From positions 490,456,948 through 490,520,947 of the forward strand of contig NC_057863.1 in NCBI RefSeq assembly GCF_019393635.1: a stretch of DNA of 64,000 nucleotides. Direction: 5' to 3'. Below are positions 52,373-64,000 of the stretch, piece after piece; within the stretch, counting starts at the first letter, position 1, and the number at the start of each line of letters is the position of its first letter. A program made the translations under genes and the position numbers. Below the pieces are notes generated by a model. It did not search any database, was not told the DNA's origin, and saw nothing but the letters and a program-made list of their open reading frames with translations. This DNA comes from Dromiciops gliroides (Eukaryota).

Positions 52373-54508
52373 TACTGGTAAGATACACCTCCATAGCATA
52401 CACTTTATAAATGTCTGTTGAACTGAACTTAATTTTAGTCTTACATGATCAACTGTCAAATATTTGTTATTTTTTCCTACAATGAGTTAAGATTCTGGCA
52501 CATCATTATATCAAATGAATAGTGTAAAAGCTGTCTTTAGGATGCATGCACCATATAAGGTGAGGCATTCAACTGAAAGCATGCTATACAAAATTTCTCA
52601 CTTAAAAAAATGTTGCCAAATCTATCTTTGAGCCTATGCAACATACTCTTCATTGTCCACTCACCGAAAATCAAAGCTAACAAGTAAGGTGAACTAGAGA
52701 TACTAATGCAAGAATGAAAATTTGACCTTATAGGTTAACACTGAGACTTGGTAGGATATGACTTATGCCTAGAATATGGCTCTGAAACTACACAATTTAC
52801 TCAAAAGGGAAAAGAATAGATAGGTTAAAGAAGAAGAGGGGCTCACCACAGAGTAAGAGTGAAAACTCCACCACAGTGGAGAATATTGGGGTGAAGATCA
52901 ATCAAGAGGCAGAACAGATGTGATACTGTCACATGAATATAATAGAGAACACTTTTACAGAGCAGAAAAACAGGAGTACAGAAACAGATCACAAGCCTGG
53001 CATAAGACATATCATAGTAGTGGGCAATCTGACATTTACAAGATACCTCTTTCAGCTAAAAACAAGACAGTTACAGGCACACCAAAACACTGTTGATAGA
53101 ACTATGAAACTGTACCAGTCATGCCTGAATATAATTTTGAATTATGCAAATAAAATAGCTAAAATGTTAATATACTCTGACCCCGAGATTCCATTTCTAG
53201 TCATAAACTCCAAGAAGATCTTTGACAAAAAGGCTTCATAGTCACCAAGTTCACAAAAAGTTGTTTACAACAACACTTTTTGTGGTAATAAAGAACTATA
53301 AACAAATTAGATGCCCATAGATTAGGAACTAGCCAAACAAAATGTGAAACCATGAATGTAATGGAATATAATTGCTATAAGAAATGTCAAATAAAAAAAA
53401 AGAAATGGCCAATGCAGAGAAACATGGGAAGACTTACAACAATTGATACAAAGTGAAGTAGAAAACAATATGCACAACAATTACAAAAACATAAGTGGAA
53501 AGAACAATCACAAAATAATTTTTAAAATGAATGCCGCAAAATTAAAAACAATAAGCTTGACCCTGAGAAAAAGGAAGGAAATATGAGAAGGCAATTTCCT
53601 TCACTTCTTTGATATGTGTGTTGGGGTGGGAGAGATTCAATCTACTGATTAGCTTTGCTGTTTTTTGTTTTCTTTTTCTTCTTTAAAAAATTCTGTTAAA
53701 AGGGATGGCTTTGAGGTAGAGAAGGGGAAGAATATAGGGGGATATTTAGGTGATGTAAAAACAAAAGATAGCAATAAAAAAAATCTATTTAATGTTTTAA
53801 AAGCAAAGCAGCTAACAATTTCATATCTTACCCTAATGATCATTAATTTCATCTTCCCCAAAATGGAAGAACCAACAAAAGGAACTGCCATTCTGGACCT
53901 GATTTTCACCAACAAGGAGTCACTCTTTGCTGGGATGGAAATGCAAGTAACTTTAAGGAGAAGAGATTTCTCCATCTTAGAATGTATGAAAGAAAACAGG
54001 AAAGTAATACACCCTAGATTCTAGTAGGGAAAAATTCAAAGGGTACAGGGAAAGAATAAATAACATTTGAATCATCTGAAATTTTGTGAAGTCAGCCCAA
54101 GAGAGGTAAGAAGTTTTTAAAAATGGACAAAGACAACAAAACAAGCATTTTTAAAGCACTATTATGTACCAGGCACTGTACTAGGAACTGGGGGTATGAA
54201 GATGAAAATGAAATAGTCCTTGCCCTTAAGTGCATTATATTCTATTGTCAGAAGCAAAATGTACACATCCAAGTATAAATAAAATGACAAATAATATGGG
54301 GTGGGGAAAGGTTTCACATAGAGAAGACGGCTGAGTTTTAAAGGAAATTAGATTCAAAGGGGCAGATCTAAGAAGCAAGTTCATTTCAAGAATGAAAGTG
54401 GGGGATTTAGGAAGAGGTAGAAAAAGGAGGTACTGTCCAAAATAAACAATGTCAATACACAAGGAATTTACCAATTAACTCAGATTTAATTTTAAAAGAT
54501 GTGTATGG

Positions 54509-54682
54509 GGGCAGCTAGGTGGCGCAGTGGATAGAGCACCGGCCCTGGAGTCAGGAGGACCTGAGTTCAAATCCGACCTCAGATACTTGACACTTACTAG
54601 CTGTGTGACCCTGGACAAGTCACTTAACCACCACTGCCCTGCAGAAAAAGGAAAAAGAAAAAGAAAAAAGATATGTATGACA
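54509..54682 (+). mobile_element. SINE copy with TSD AAGAT(G/A)TGTATG
   Basis: Forward match with a near-consensus head. Confidence 0.85.
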
Positions 54683-55636
54683 AGTTCTGGTAAGTACAGT
54701 GTCATTATTAATTTGGGGAATAAATAGCTAAACAAATTGTAATGTGCTAGAATATTATTGTGCTGTAAGAAACAATTAATATTTTGACTGTAAGAATCCT
54801 GGAAAGATCTGTATGATCTTATGCAGTGAAATGAGCAGATCCAAGAAAACAGTATAAACAACAACAATGTAAATGAAAAGAATAACCACAAAGCAAACAA
54901 ATATGAATGTTACAAAATCACAAAAAAACAAGCACAGCTCCAAGGAAAATATACAAGAGGAAGCCTCCTCCCTACTTCTCTGAAGGGGTGGGAGGGACGT
55001 GGGCATGGTACATTACACATTTTCAGATTTTTCCAAAGTGTCAATCAGTTTTGCTCATTTTTTCCCTCTTCTCTTTTTTTCTTTAAATAATATTGTTATA
55101 TGGGATGGCTCTCAGGGAGGGGAGATGGATGAGGAAAGATAATTTGGTGAAGTAAAAAAAGATATTATTAAACGTATATTTTTTAGAAAAGAACAGTGTA
55201 ACTTGTACTAAAGCACATAATGAACTGAGGCTAAGAAGGAATGGACAAAAAAGGTTGGGGTTTGGGTGATTGGTTGTTTTTTTGTTGTTGTTATATTGAG
55301 GTAAAGAAGTAGATCAAAGAAGCATCAGGAACTCTGCTTGGGAAAAATAGGATGATGATTACAGGAAACAAAAAAGTAAAACTAGTCTTATATTCTCTGC
55401 CAAGGAGAATTTTATCTTTGGACTGCAAAGGGTAAAACAAATATGGTTAACAAAGGAAACTATATTCCTTAATTACCAAAACTGAATATTAATATGGGTA
55501 GGCGAAGACAATATAATAAAAATATAATAAAAATGACTACCCTACCCTAAATTAATCTATTTATTTAGTGCCATACCAATCAAACTACCAAAAAATATTA
55601 TAAAGCTAAGAAAAAATAACAACAAAATTCAACTGG

Positions 55637-55805
55637 TGGGGCATCTAGGTGGCACAGTGCATAAAGCACCAGCCCTGGATTCAGGAGGACCTGATTTCAA
55701 ACCGGCCTCAAACACTTGACACTTACTAGCAGTGTGACCCTTAGGCAAGTCACTTAACCCTCATTGCCCCCCAAAAAACCAAAAACAAACAAAACAAATA
55801 AAATT
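55637..55805 (+). mobile_element. SINE copy with TSD AAAATTCA
   Basis: Forward match. Confidence 0.8.
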
Positions 55806-55899
55806 CATCCGGAAGAAGAAAAGCTCAAGAATATCAAGGGTATCAATAAAAAAATATGAAAGAAAGTAGTCTAGTAGTACCAGATCTCACAACTGTATT

Positions 55900-57480
55900 A
55901 CAAAGCAATAATTATCAAAATAATCTGGTACTGGCTGAGAAATGGTGAGTGGTGGATCAGTGGAACATAATAGATAGGAATTACACTATTCTAATGGTTT
56001 TTTGTTTTTGTTTTTTGGTGAGGCAGTTGGAGTTAAGTGACTTGCCTAGGGTCACACAGCTAGTAAGTGTTAAGTGTCTGAGGCTGGATTTGAACTCAGG
56101 TCCTCCTGACTCCAGGGCCAGTGCTCTATCCATTGTGCCACCTAGCTGCCCCAGAATTACACTATTCTAAATGACTATAGTAATCTAGTATATGATAACC
56201 CCAATGATCCAAGTTTTTGGAACAAAAACTCATTATTTGACAAAAACTACTGGGAAAACTGGAAAACAGTATGGCATAAACTAGGTATAGACCAACATCT
56301 CACACCACATACTAAAATAAGGTCAAAATGGGTACAAGATTTACATGTAAAGTGTGATACCACAAGTAGGAGGGCATAGAATATTTTGTCAGATTTATGG
56401 AGAGGGGAAGAATTTAGGACCCCCAAAAAATATACAGAGCATTACAAAATGTAAAATAGACAATTTTGATTATATAAAATTAAAAAATTTTCCCACAAAC
56501 AAAACCAATATTACCAAGGTTATAAAGGAAGCAAAAAACTGGGAAAGAATTTTTGCAGCAAGTATCTCTGATGATATATAGAGAATTGAGTCAAAGGATA
56601 TGAACAGGCACTTTTCAGATAAAGAAATCAAAGCTATCTATAATCATATGAAAAAAATGCTCTAAATCACTATCAGAGAAATGAAAATTAAAACAGCTCT
56701 GAGGTATCACCTCACACCTATCAGAGTGGCTAATATAAGAACAAAGGAAAATGTTGGAGTTGAAGGAGATGTGGGAAAACTGGGATGCTAATTGGTGTAG
56801 TTGGTGTAGTTGTGAACTAGTCCAACCATTCTGGAGAGCAATTTGGAACTATGCCCAAAGGGCTATTAAACTGCATACCCTTTGACCCAGCAATACCACT
56901 ACTAGGTTTATATCTCAAAGACATCCCAAAAAAAGAGTAAAAAGACCTATTTGTACAAAAATATTTATAGCAGTTCTTTTTGTGGTGGCTAAGAATTGGA
57001 AATCAAAGGGATGCCCATCAATTGGGGAATGGCTAAACAAGCTGAGGTATATGATTGTAATGGAATATTATTGTGCCATAAGAAATGACAAGTAGGATGA
57101 TTTCAGAAAAGACTTAGATGAACTGATGTACAGCGAAGTGAGCAGAACCAGGAGAATGTTGTACATAAGAGACAGCCATATTGTTTGATGAAGAACTGTG
57201 AATGACTTAACTATTCTCAGCAATACAATAATCTAAGACAATCCCAAAGGACTAATGATGAAGCATACTCTCCACCTCCAAAGAAAGAACTGATGTTCAC
57301 TGAACACAAACTGAAGTATGCTGTTTTTCATTTTTTTCTTAAGTTTCTTATACAAAATGACATGTATAGCCTATATCTCATTCCTTACCACTTCAGGGGG
57401 AGGGAAGGAAGAAGGGACAGAATTTGGAACTCAAAACTTAAAAAACAAACAAACACTGCCCCCCAATATTACAATTGAAA
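55900..57480 (+). mobile_element. L1 fragment covering the ORF2 C-terminal region through the 3' terminus, with a nested SINE at 55996-56152
   Basis: Track ORFs 55949..56170 and 56354..56581 translate to L1 ORF2-like peptides (WNIIDRNYTIL; KLKNFPTNKTNITKVIKEAKNWERIFAASISD). The 3' terminal motif is at 57385-57440. Confidence 0.75.
55996..56152 (-). mobile_element. SINE copy nested inside an L1 ORF2 fragment, with a 17-bp TSD GAATTACACTATTCTAA
   Basis: Reverse-orientation match. The flanking repeats are at 55978-55994 and 56155-56171. Confidence 0.88.
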
Positions 57481-60194
57481 TCCTCATTAACATTGTGTAA
57501 TTCTCAGAATTTTAATGTCTAGATCACAGTACCCCTAGCTAATCTTCTGATCAAATTCTCAGTCACTCAACCCTCTTGTTAAGTCAAGTATAAATTCAGT
57601 AGGTACATTCTGTAATACCAACTCATTGTTGCCATAACATACATATTCAACAGTGATGATACTGATCCAATATAAGAAGAACACGAACTCAAAATTGCTT
57701 TTCAAATGATGGTAATGGGATGTATCCTGAGTTGTCCACATTCTTTTCAACCTATATTGCCCAATGACCAAGAATTTACTTTGTGAGATGATTAATAGTG
57801 ATCACGCATGCAATTTGCAGCCTTGGAACAGAAGCTTTATTTTTTGTGTCTTGAGAATACTCATCTCTAGAGGGTTATATTTGGTGGGACAAGGTTATAT
57901 ATGAGATGATGTTATAATATTCTCTTTCTGGGACTTCTAATAGTTCAATTCAAATAATATCATAAAATAAAACTGATTATATTTTAGCTGACAGGAAATT
58001 AATAGTTACTAATGTGGGAGCATTTCCAAATAAGCTATTTCTATAAAGACTAATTACTTATTAAAACAAAGATCAAAACCAGTACCAACCAAGAATATAA
58101 AAATGAGGAGATAAAGCAAGCAGTTGAGTCAACTTTGATTTGATTTGGAAAAAATAAGAAAAGTAAAAAAGAACAGATATTGACAAAGACTATTAGCACA
58201 TTATTAAGAAGTTTAACTGCTAAATCAATTCCTTCAATGAGATCAAAGGATTCTACAAACTGCCTCAGCCAACAAAAACTTGACCTCCTTACTGCCAAGT
58301 AGATATTTTGGAGCAACAATTTAAGAATGGCTTAGAGTATAATGTTATTTATTGATCTAAAGGAAAATGAGAGTAGAAAAGAATGAGCAACATAACTTCA
58401 TAATTCAGCAAGAAACAGTAGAGGGAAAAACAAATTTGCAGAAAGCTTGGCAAGAGACTCAATTAAATAAAATCACTGCCCAGCATTTTAAGGATAAATT
58501 TGGAAAAGCAATAAACTAGCAAAAAAAAAAAAAAAAAGATAGGTGACTGCGACTGACATAAATATCTCCTAAATCAATACTTCCAATCCTACACCCCACC
58601 CCCACCCCCACTTCATTACCAAATTCTCCTGGAAGTCCTGCAAGAATTGTAAATCAGAACTTCTGGTCAAAATGACAGCCTGAATCAGAGGCAGATTGCC
58701 CAACTCCCTCATAATACCCCAGCAAATAATCCCCAGCAAAACCCTGCAATTTGTACCAGATGAATAATGTTCAAGAATAGGAAACTATAGTGACTTCTTT
58801 CACCCAAGAAAAGTACAAAAGGTCAGTCAGATGTCCGCAGGCAAAAGAAAAGGGAACTTCCAGCAAAGCCAATGCCACCTAAAAATAGTCTCTCCAAGAA
58901 ACTGGCCAGGGATATGTATGAGCAACAAGGCTTTGCATCTAAAGGCAGTAAGAATGAAGAGCAGTCCTGAGAAAGCCCCAAAGGGTTCAAAAAGCCCTGG
59001 AGTGAGGACCTTTGAAGTTATAGGGAGCAGCAGTGGGTACTAATTGGCACAGAATAGCAAAACTGAATGAAACACCAGGCCCAAGGGCTCTGAGGTCCCC
59101 AATCTGAGGTCCTAACATGTCAGGAGCCCTTGAAGATCCAGTATTCTGAACCTCAAAGCTCATGGCAGAATTTGAACTGCAGGAGATAGAAATTAATACA
59201 AGGACTCAAGGTGAAAGCAAACAGGGAAGACTACTCCCTCAAGAAAAAGTGCAACAGAAGGTCAAGCCTGGTCCCAGAATAAAGCCAAAATTCAGCAACT
59301 ACAGATGGATAGTCAAGAAAATCCAAGAAAACATCATGTATCAAAAGTATGCAAATCTATATATTTCCCTCAAAAGAAGTAACTGCATAATTATGGTAAG
59401 CAGAGAGTCAAAGGAAAAAAAATGGACTTTCCACCAGGACTACATAAATACCCAGCAGAAATGAAGGGAGAGCTATTTTAAATAAAAGATCTTGATGAAA
59501 TAATTGGAATAAATAGCTTAAAAGAAAAAATAGCAAATATTGCTCAAGTAATGGACTCCCTGAAAACAATAACAATGCAAAAAGAAATCAGTGACTGGGT
59601 GAGACAAGAGAAATTAGGAAAAAAAACAAAAGACTGGTGGGGAAAATGTCGTTATTGAAACGATCAAAATGTCCCTATCTCTGACCCAAAAGACAAAAAA
59701 TGTGAACTTTTTTTTTGTTTTTACAAAAAGTTATATTTAAAGTTGTAAACAAAAGCTAAAATATTCACACTGAACAATAATTGTGAATAGGTAGTACTTT
59801 CTCACATGAAGCAAATAAATAGACAACTCAATTTCATAGCAATAGGGATTACAAGTACAACAAATTCAAAGAAGTGAACCTTAGACTTCAGTTTCAACAT
59901 TACTCTCTTCTCCTAAATCTGCTAACAGTGAAATTTATTCATTCGAATTTTCTCTTCATTTCATGATGCTGAAAAGCAATGGAATGGCCAAAAGGTTAAG
60001 GAGGAATTAGAAGACAAGGTATCATCTAGGGCAAATCATTATCTGGATAATTTTTAAATGGCTATATAATATATAATTCTGACAAAAGTTTTCTTGTAGA
60101 GTTTTCTGGTAAGTAGCTATTAGTTAGAAATAATAGACAGCTATAAGGAAAAGCACAGAGGATACAAACAAAGCACAACAAAGAAATGTAATAC

Positions 60195-60350
60195 CTGTAT
60201 ATCCTTCTTAACAGGTTTAGTTTTGTTATCAAAAATTTTTTTCCTAAATTCAAGAAGAACTTCTTTGCAGTCCTCAAGATGAACTTCTGGCTCCCAAGTA
60301 TCATCATCAGAAGTGTATCCTTTCCATCTAACTTTGTAAAGAATTTTACC
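60195..60350 (-). CDS. MPHOSPH8: MPHOSPH8 exon 2 (chromodomain), 52 codons, phase 0-0. Peptide GKILYKVRWKGYTSDDDTWEPEVHLEDCKEVLLEFRKKIFDNKTKPVKKDIQ
   Basis: Translation on the minus strand gives the canonical MPP8 chromodomain, near-identical to the human peptide KVLYKVRWKGYTSDDDTWEPEIHLEDCKEVLLEFRKK as I recall it. The acceptor is tttttatttctcattgcag|GGT at 60351+. The donor is CAG|GTATTA at 60194-. Confidence 0.88.
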
Positions 60351-61295
60351 CTGCAATGAGAAATAAAAAACCTGTAAAAACCAAGGTTATTTGCTCATTA
60401 TTCCGTAATAAAATCACCCGCCAAGTTATAATTGCTTGATATATGACAAAAGGTGACTTGAATTCTGTTTCTAAATGGAAGTTTTTAATTCTACACACCA
60501 CCTAAAACAACATTTCATAGTATATTCTGAATAGTGTAATTCCACATGCTACATATCATTCAAGGAGAAAATTTCCATGGTAGTAACTGTTTACTAACTC
60601 ATAATCTATTGAGAGGAAAGAGGGAAACATGAGAAGTGAGGGGAAATGGGGAAAAAAGTCCTGGACATCCTAAACTCTTATCACAATCTTATATGTAGCT
60701 AATGAAGTTCATTTCTCTCATGAGAGAAAAGAGCCATGTATGAACCAAACCAGGGATCACACCTCACTCTGGCACCATGGCCAGAGTAAGGTTTCTCTAT
60801 TTCAACATGCTATGTCCCCTTCCTTATAATAGCCTCACCTTACTATCCAGGGTTCTAACCAACTAGTGGCTAACCACTACCCCTGGAATGGTATGCCCTA
60901 CCTTTCCCTCTCCCTACCAAAGACTTTCTATTACACTCTTATTTTTTCCCATGTCTCCTCCATCAAAATATACCATATCATTCTTTGTGGTCCCTTCTTT
61001 ACTGTCCTCTGGAATTTATGACTTTAATACTAATAACACTAATTAGCACTAATATATTATTTCTAATCAACAAACACTTATTAAGCACCCTACATGTGCA
61101 AATCAATGTCCTAGGCCATGGGGATAGATATAAAGTTTAGGTAAATCATAGTTACTAACATCATGGAGGATATTTCTTTAAGCTCCAAAATATTGCTGGT
61201 CCAAATTAACCTGTGAAACAGGGGTACAAAACTTGTTAATATCTTGAAACCAGTGGTTTAAGTACAAAGAGTGTAATGGATCTTTTTCTTTTCTT

Positions 61296-61460
61296 TCTTT
61301 TTTTTTTGGGGGGGGGGGAAGGGAGGTGGGACAATGAGGATTAAGTGACTTGCCCAGGTTCACACAACTAGTAAGTTTCAAGTGTCTGATACCCAATTTG
61401 AACTCAGGTCCTCCTGAATCCAGGACTAGCACTCTATCCACTGCTCCACCTAGCTGCCCC
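61296..61460 (-). mobile_element. SINE copy with T9 then G11 at the tail and TSD GATCTTTTTCTT
   Basis: Reverse-orientation match. Confidence 0.85.
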
Positions 61461-62701
61461 TACAGATCTTTTTCTTGAATTGTATATTGTTAACTTCTAT
61501 GAGGTTTTCACCCTTAAAAAAACATCAAACAAACTTGCTTCTTCAAATTAACAAAATAAAGTTAATATTTTACAGGCATAAACAAACCAATTACTTGAAG
61601 TAATAGAGGAATACTGACTTGGAATCAAAGAACCTAAATTCAAGGACTGGCTATACCACTTAATCATATGAATGCAATTAAGTTACTAAACTTCTTAGAA
61701 ACACATACACACACACATTTGTATACATTTTAATATATTTTTGATGAACTTGGTGTTAGACCCAAATTTCATAACTAGGCAGCCAAAGATGTTGTTTGAC
61801 TTGAGGTTTATAATCTAATTATAAATATAAGACTTGCTATTATCTTTTCATTTCCTTCCTACTCCCTCCCTCAGGTTTCTCTTCTTCTACCTTCTTCCTT
61901 GTCCCCTAAAATATTCTACATTTGGCTTCCGAGCTGAGATTTGGACATATTTCAGTTAACATTTCTTCCCTCTTCTCCTCTCAACCATCTGATAAGCTTC
62001 CATTCCAAACATCTGTATGTCCATAGGGAAGTCCTTAACCTCTCTTAGCTTCAGTTTCCTCATTTGTAAAATAGATGGTATCATTATCACAGAGTTGTTG
62101 AGTCTTTAATGAAATAATATACATAAAAAGCTCAGTAAACTTTAAAATGATATATAAATTTCAATGATCATTTTTATTATACTGATGCTTTAAAGGAATA
62201 CTCTAAGAAACATCTGAGAAAACTCCCAATATGGGAATTCCTTCTACCAGAAGCAGGAAATGGACTAGAGAAGCAATAACTAATTCCTACAGAATTATTT
62301 GAGGAACACAGATGTTCAGTAATTAGCTCAGAGTTGTGAAGCCATTAAATGTCAAAAGCAGAATCTGAACCCAGAACACCCTGACTTCAAGTTCAGCACT
62401 GAATCCACGGTGCTACACTGCATCTAATGCTTTACTGGCATTAAAATGTCAAAGTACTGTAGTGTATTATGATTTTTGTGATTCTACTAATTCAGGATCT
62501 TCTAAAACACTGATCAATAAGCTGCAAAGGTACTCAAAGCTGGACAAAACAAGCAGAAAATTGTAAATACCTTCTAAGCACACTTAACTAATCAATGCAA
62601 AAATACATAATCCTATTAACTTGGGTTTTGTTAGTACAGATACTACCAATTTCTGTGATTTTGCATCCTGCAACTCTACTGCAGCTCTTCTCATTAGTTT
62701 C

Positions 62702-62850
62702 TTTTTTTTTTTTTAGTGAGGCAATTGGGGTTAAGTGACTTGCCCAGGGTCACACAGCTATTAAGTGTTAAGTGTCTGAGGCGGGATTTGAACTCAGGTA
62801 CTCCTGACTCCAGGACCGGTGCTCTATCCACTGCACCACCTAGCTGCCCC
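62702..62850 (-). mobile_element. SINE copy with TSD TCATTAGTTTC
   Basis: Reverse-orientation match with a T13 tail. Confidence 0.88.
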
Positions 62851-64000
62851 TCATTAGTTTCTCTGATGGATTCTCTGGGGTTTTCTAAGTAAACCATCAT
62901 ATCACTTGCAAAAAAAGATAATTCTGTTTCCTCTTTGACAGTGTTTCTTTTTTTATTTAATTTTCTTGTCTTATTTAGAACTCTAACAAATAATAGTGGG
63001 GAGAGGGAAGCAATTTATTCGGGCAATATTAGGTTTACAGACAAAGGGATAACGAAAAAATAAAAATAAAAATCATGACAACTACGTTAGGAATACTAAA
63101 CACCCAGCAACTCAACTCCCACATATAAATTGTATTCAAGTTACTTTCTCATGTCCTACATTTCATATCACTAAAGCCAAGGCTAACTCTGTTAGCAGCT
63201 TGCTTTGTAGGTTTAAAATAACATTTAAGTGGAGCAATGTTCAATAATAAGGAAGTAAGCCCAACAGTTAAGTCAAAGATTTTTAAAAATTTTATTTTAT
63301 ACTTATCAGGTAAGTTTAAAAAAACAAAATAATTCTATACTCTTGCATACAAAATTGCATATATTCCCTGATACATCGAGACCTGAAGTCATACACTTCA
63401 GACCAAGATCAACTATGTTATATGCTAAATACCTTTTTCTTAGATTTATTACAAGCAACTTCCAATATGCTTTTAAACCAAATCCCAACAATCAAATAAG
63501 AAAAATTACACTATTTTATCAAGCTAACATACTTTAAATTCAGTAGTATAACAAATTGACATTTGCATAGCACTTTATACTTTACAAAGTATAACACATA
63601 CATTGATTCTAGTAACGTTGTCCCTAATTTAAAGATGAGGTTTAAAGAATTTAAGTGTCACATTAACTATTAAGTTGCAGAGATGGAATTTAAACTTGAG
63701 TCCTCCATCTCCAAATCCGAGGAATGAATGTTCTTTCCTCTATTCTATAACTGACCCAATAGAAATTTGATAAAGTCTCACTAAAACTTTAGAATCTAAT
63801 ATACTGTAGTTTAAACTATGTACCCCAAAAACATTAAAACAAATTCTATAGTGAGTCTAATAGAATGTAATTAGTCTTTAAACTTGTTTTGTTTTTTGTC
63901 AGATTTCATTTATTCAAGAAGGTGAAATGCAGTCAAACGTATACGAAGTTACTTTGAAGAGACTGAAAACTCAGGGCAGTGAATATTTTGTTAGTAAAAT

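Noticed and set aside
481-62900. A recurring unit of about 150 bp that might be mistaken for a CRISPR array or a tandem gene family. The associated track ORFs include MPRVTQLVSVKCL..., MDRAPALESGGPEFKS... and QLGGAVDKAPALDSG...
   Set aside because: The copies have irregular spacing, occur in both orientations, carry A-tails and TSDs, and differ by individual mutations. These are dispersed SINE retroposons in a eukaryotic genome, and the ORFs are just translations of the SINE.
60360-64000. MPHOSPH8 exon 1 and promoter
   Set aside because: There is no GC-rich or CpG-island sequence and no in-frame coding segment ending TEG plus donor upstream of exon 2 within the window. Exon 1 must lie beyond 64000.

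Overview
This window is eukaryotic, not prokaryotic. It is marsupial-type nuclear DNA, most likely from an opossum-like genome. That inference rests on about 30 copies of a tRNA-derived SINE of the form GGGGCAGCTAGGTGGCGCAGTGGATAGAGCACCGGCCCTGGAGTCAGGAGGACCTGAGTTCAAATCC...GTCACTTAACCCCAATTGCCTCACC(A)n, present in both orientations and many with target-site duplications. I found no CRISPR arrays, operons, rRNA genes or tRNA genes.

Nearly the whole window (about 6.5 to 60.4 kb) is one protein-coding gene on the minus strand. It is the ortholog of MPHOSPH8 (MPP8), the H3K9me3-reading chromodomain/ankyrin subunit of the HUSH silencing complex. I reconstructed 13 coding exons (exons 2-14) by hand from conserved peptide, GT/AG splice sites and exon-to-exon phase continuity. 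The chromodomain is in exon 2, a large fast-evolving K/E/D/S-rich segment is exon 3, the ankyrin repeats are in exons 8-11, and the stop codon is at 6581-6583. Exon 1 and the promoter lie beyond the right edge of the window, and the 3'UTR runs leftward from about 6580.

The introns are packed with interspersed repeats. These include young SINE copies with TSDs, older MIR/THER-like CORE-SINE fragments, at least 11 L1-derived fragments, two LTR-like elements and many microsatellites. All L1-derived fragments I identified lie on the plus strand, antisense to the gene.

Most ORFs in the supplied six-frame track are artefacts. Their M starts include alternative start codons, many are translations of SINE copies, and the 339-aa ORF is exon 3 read through into both flanking introns.
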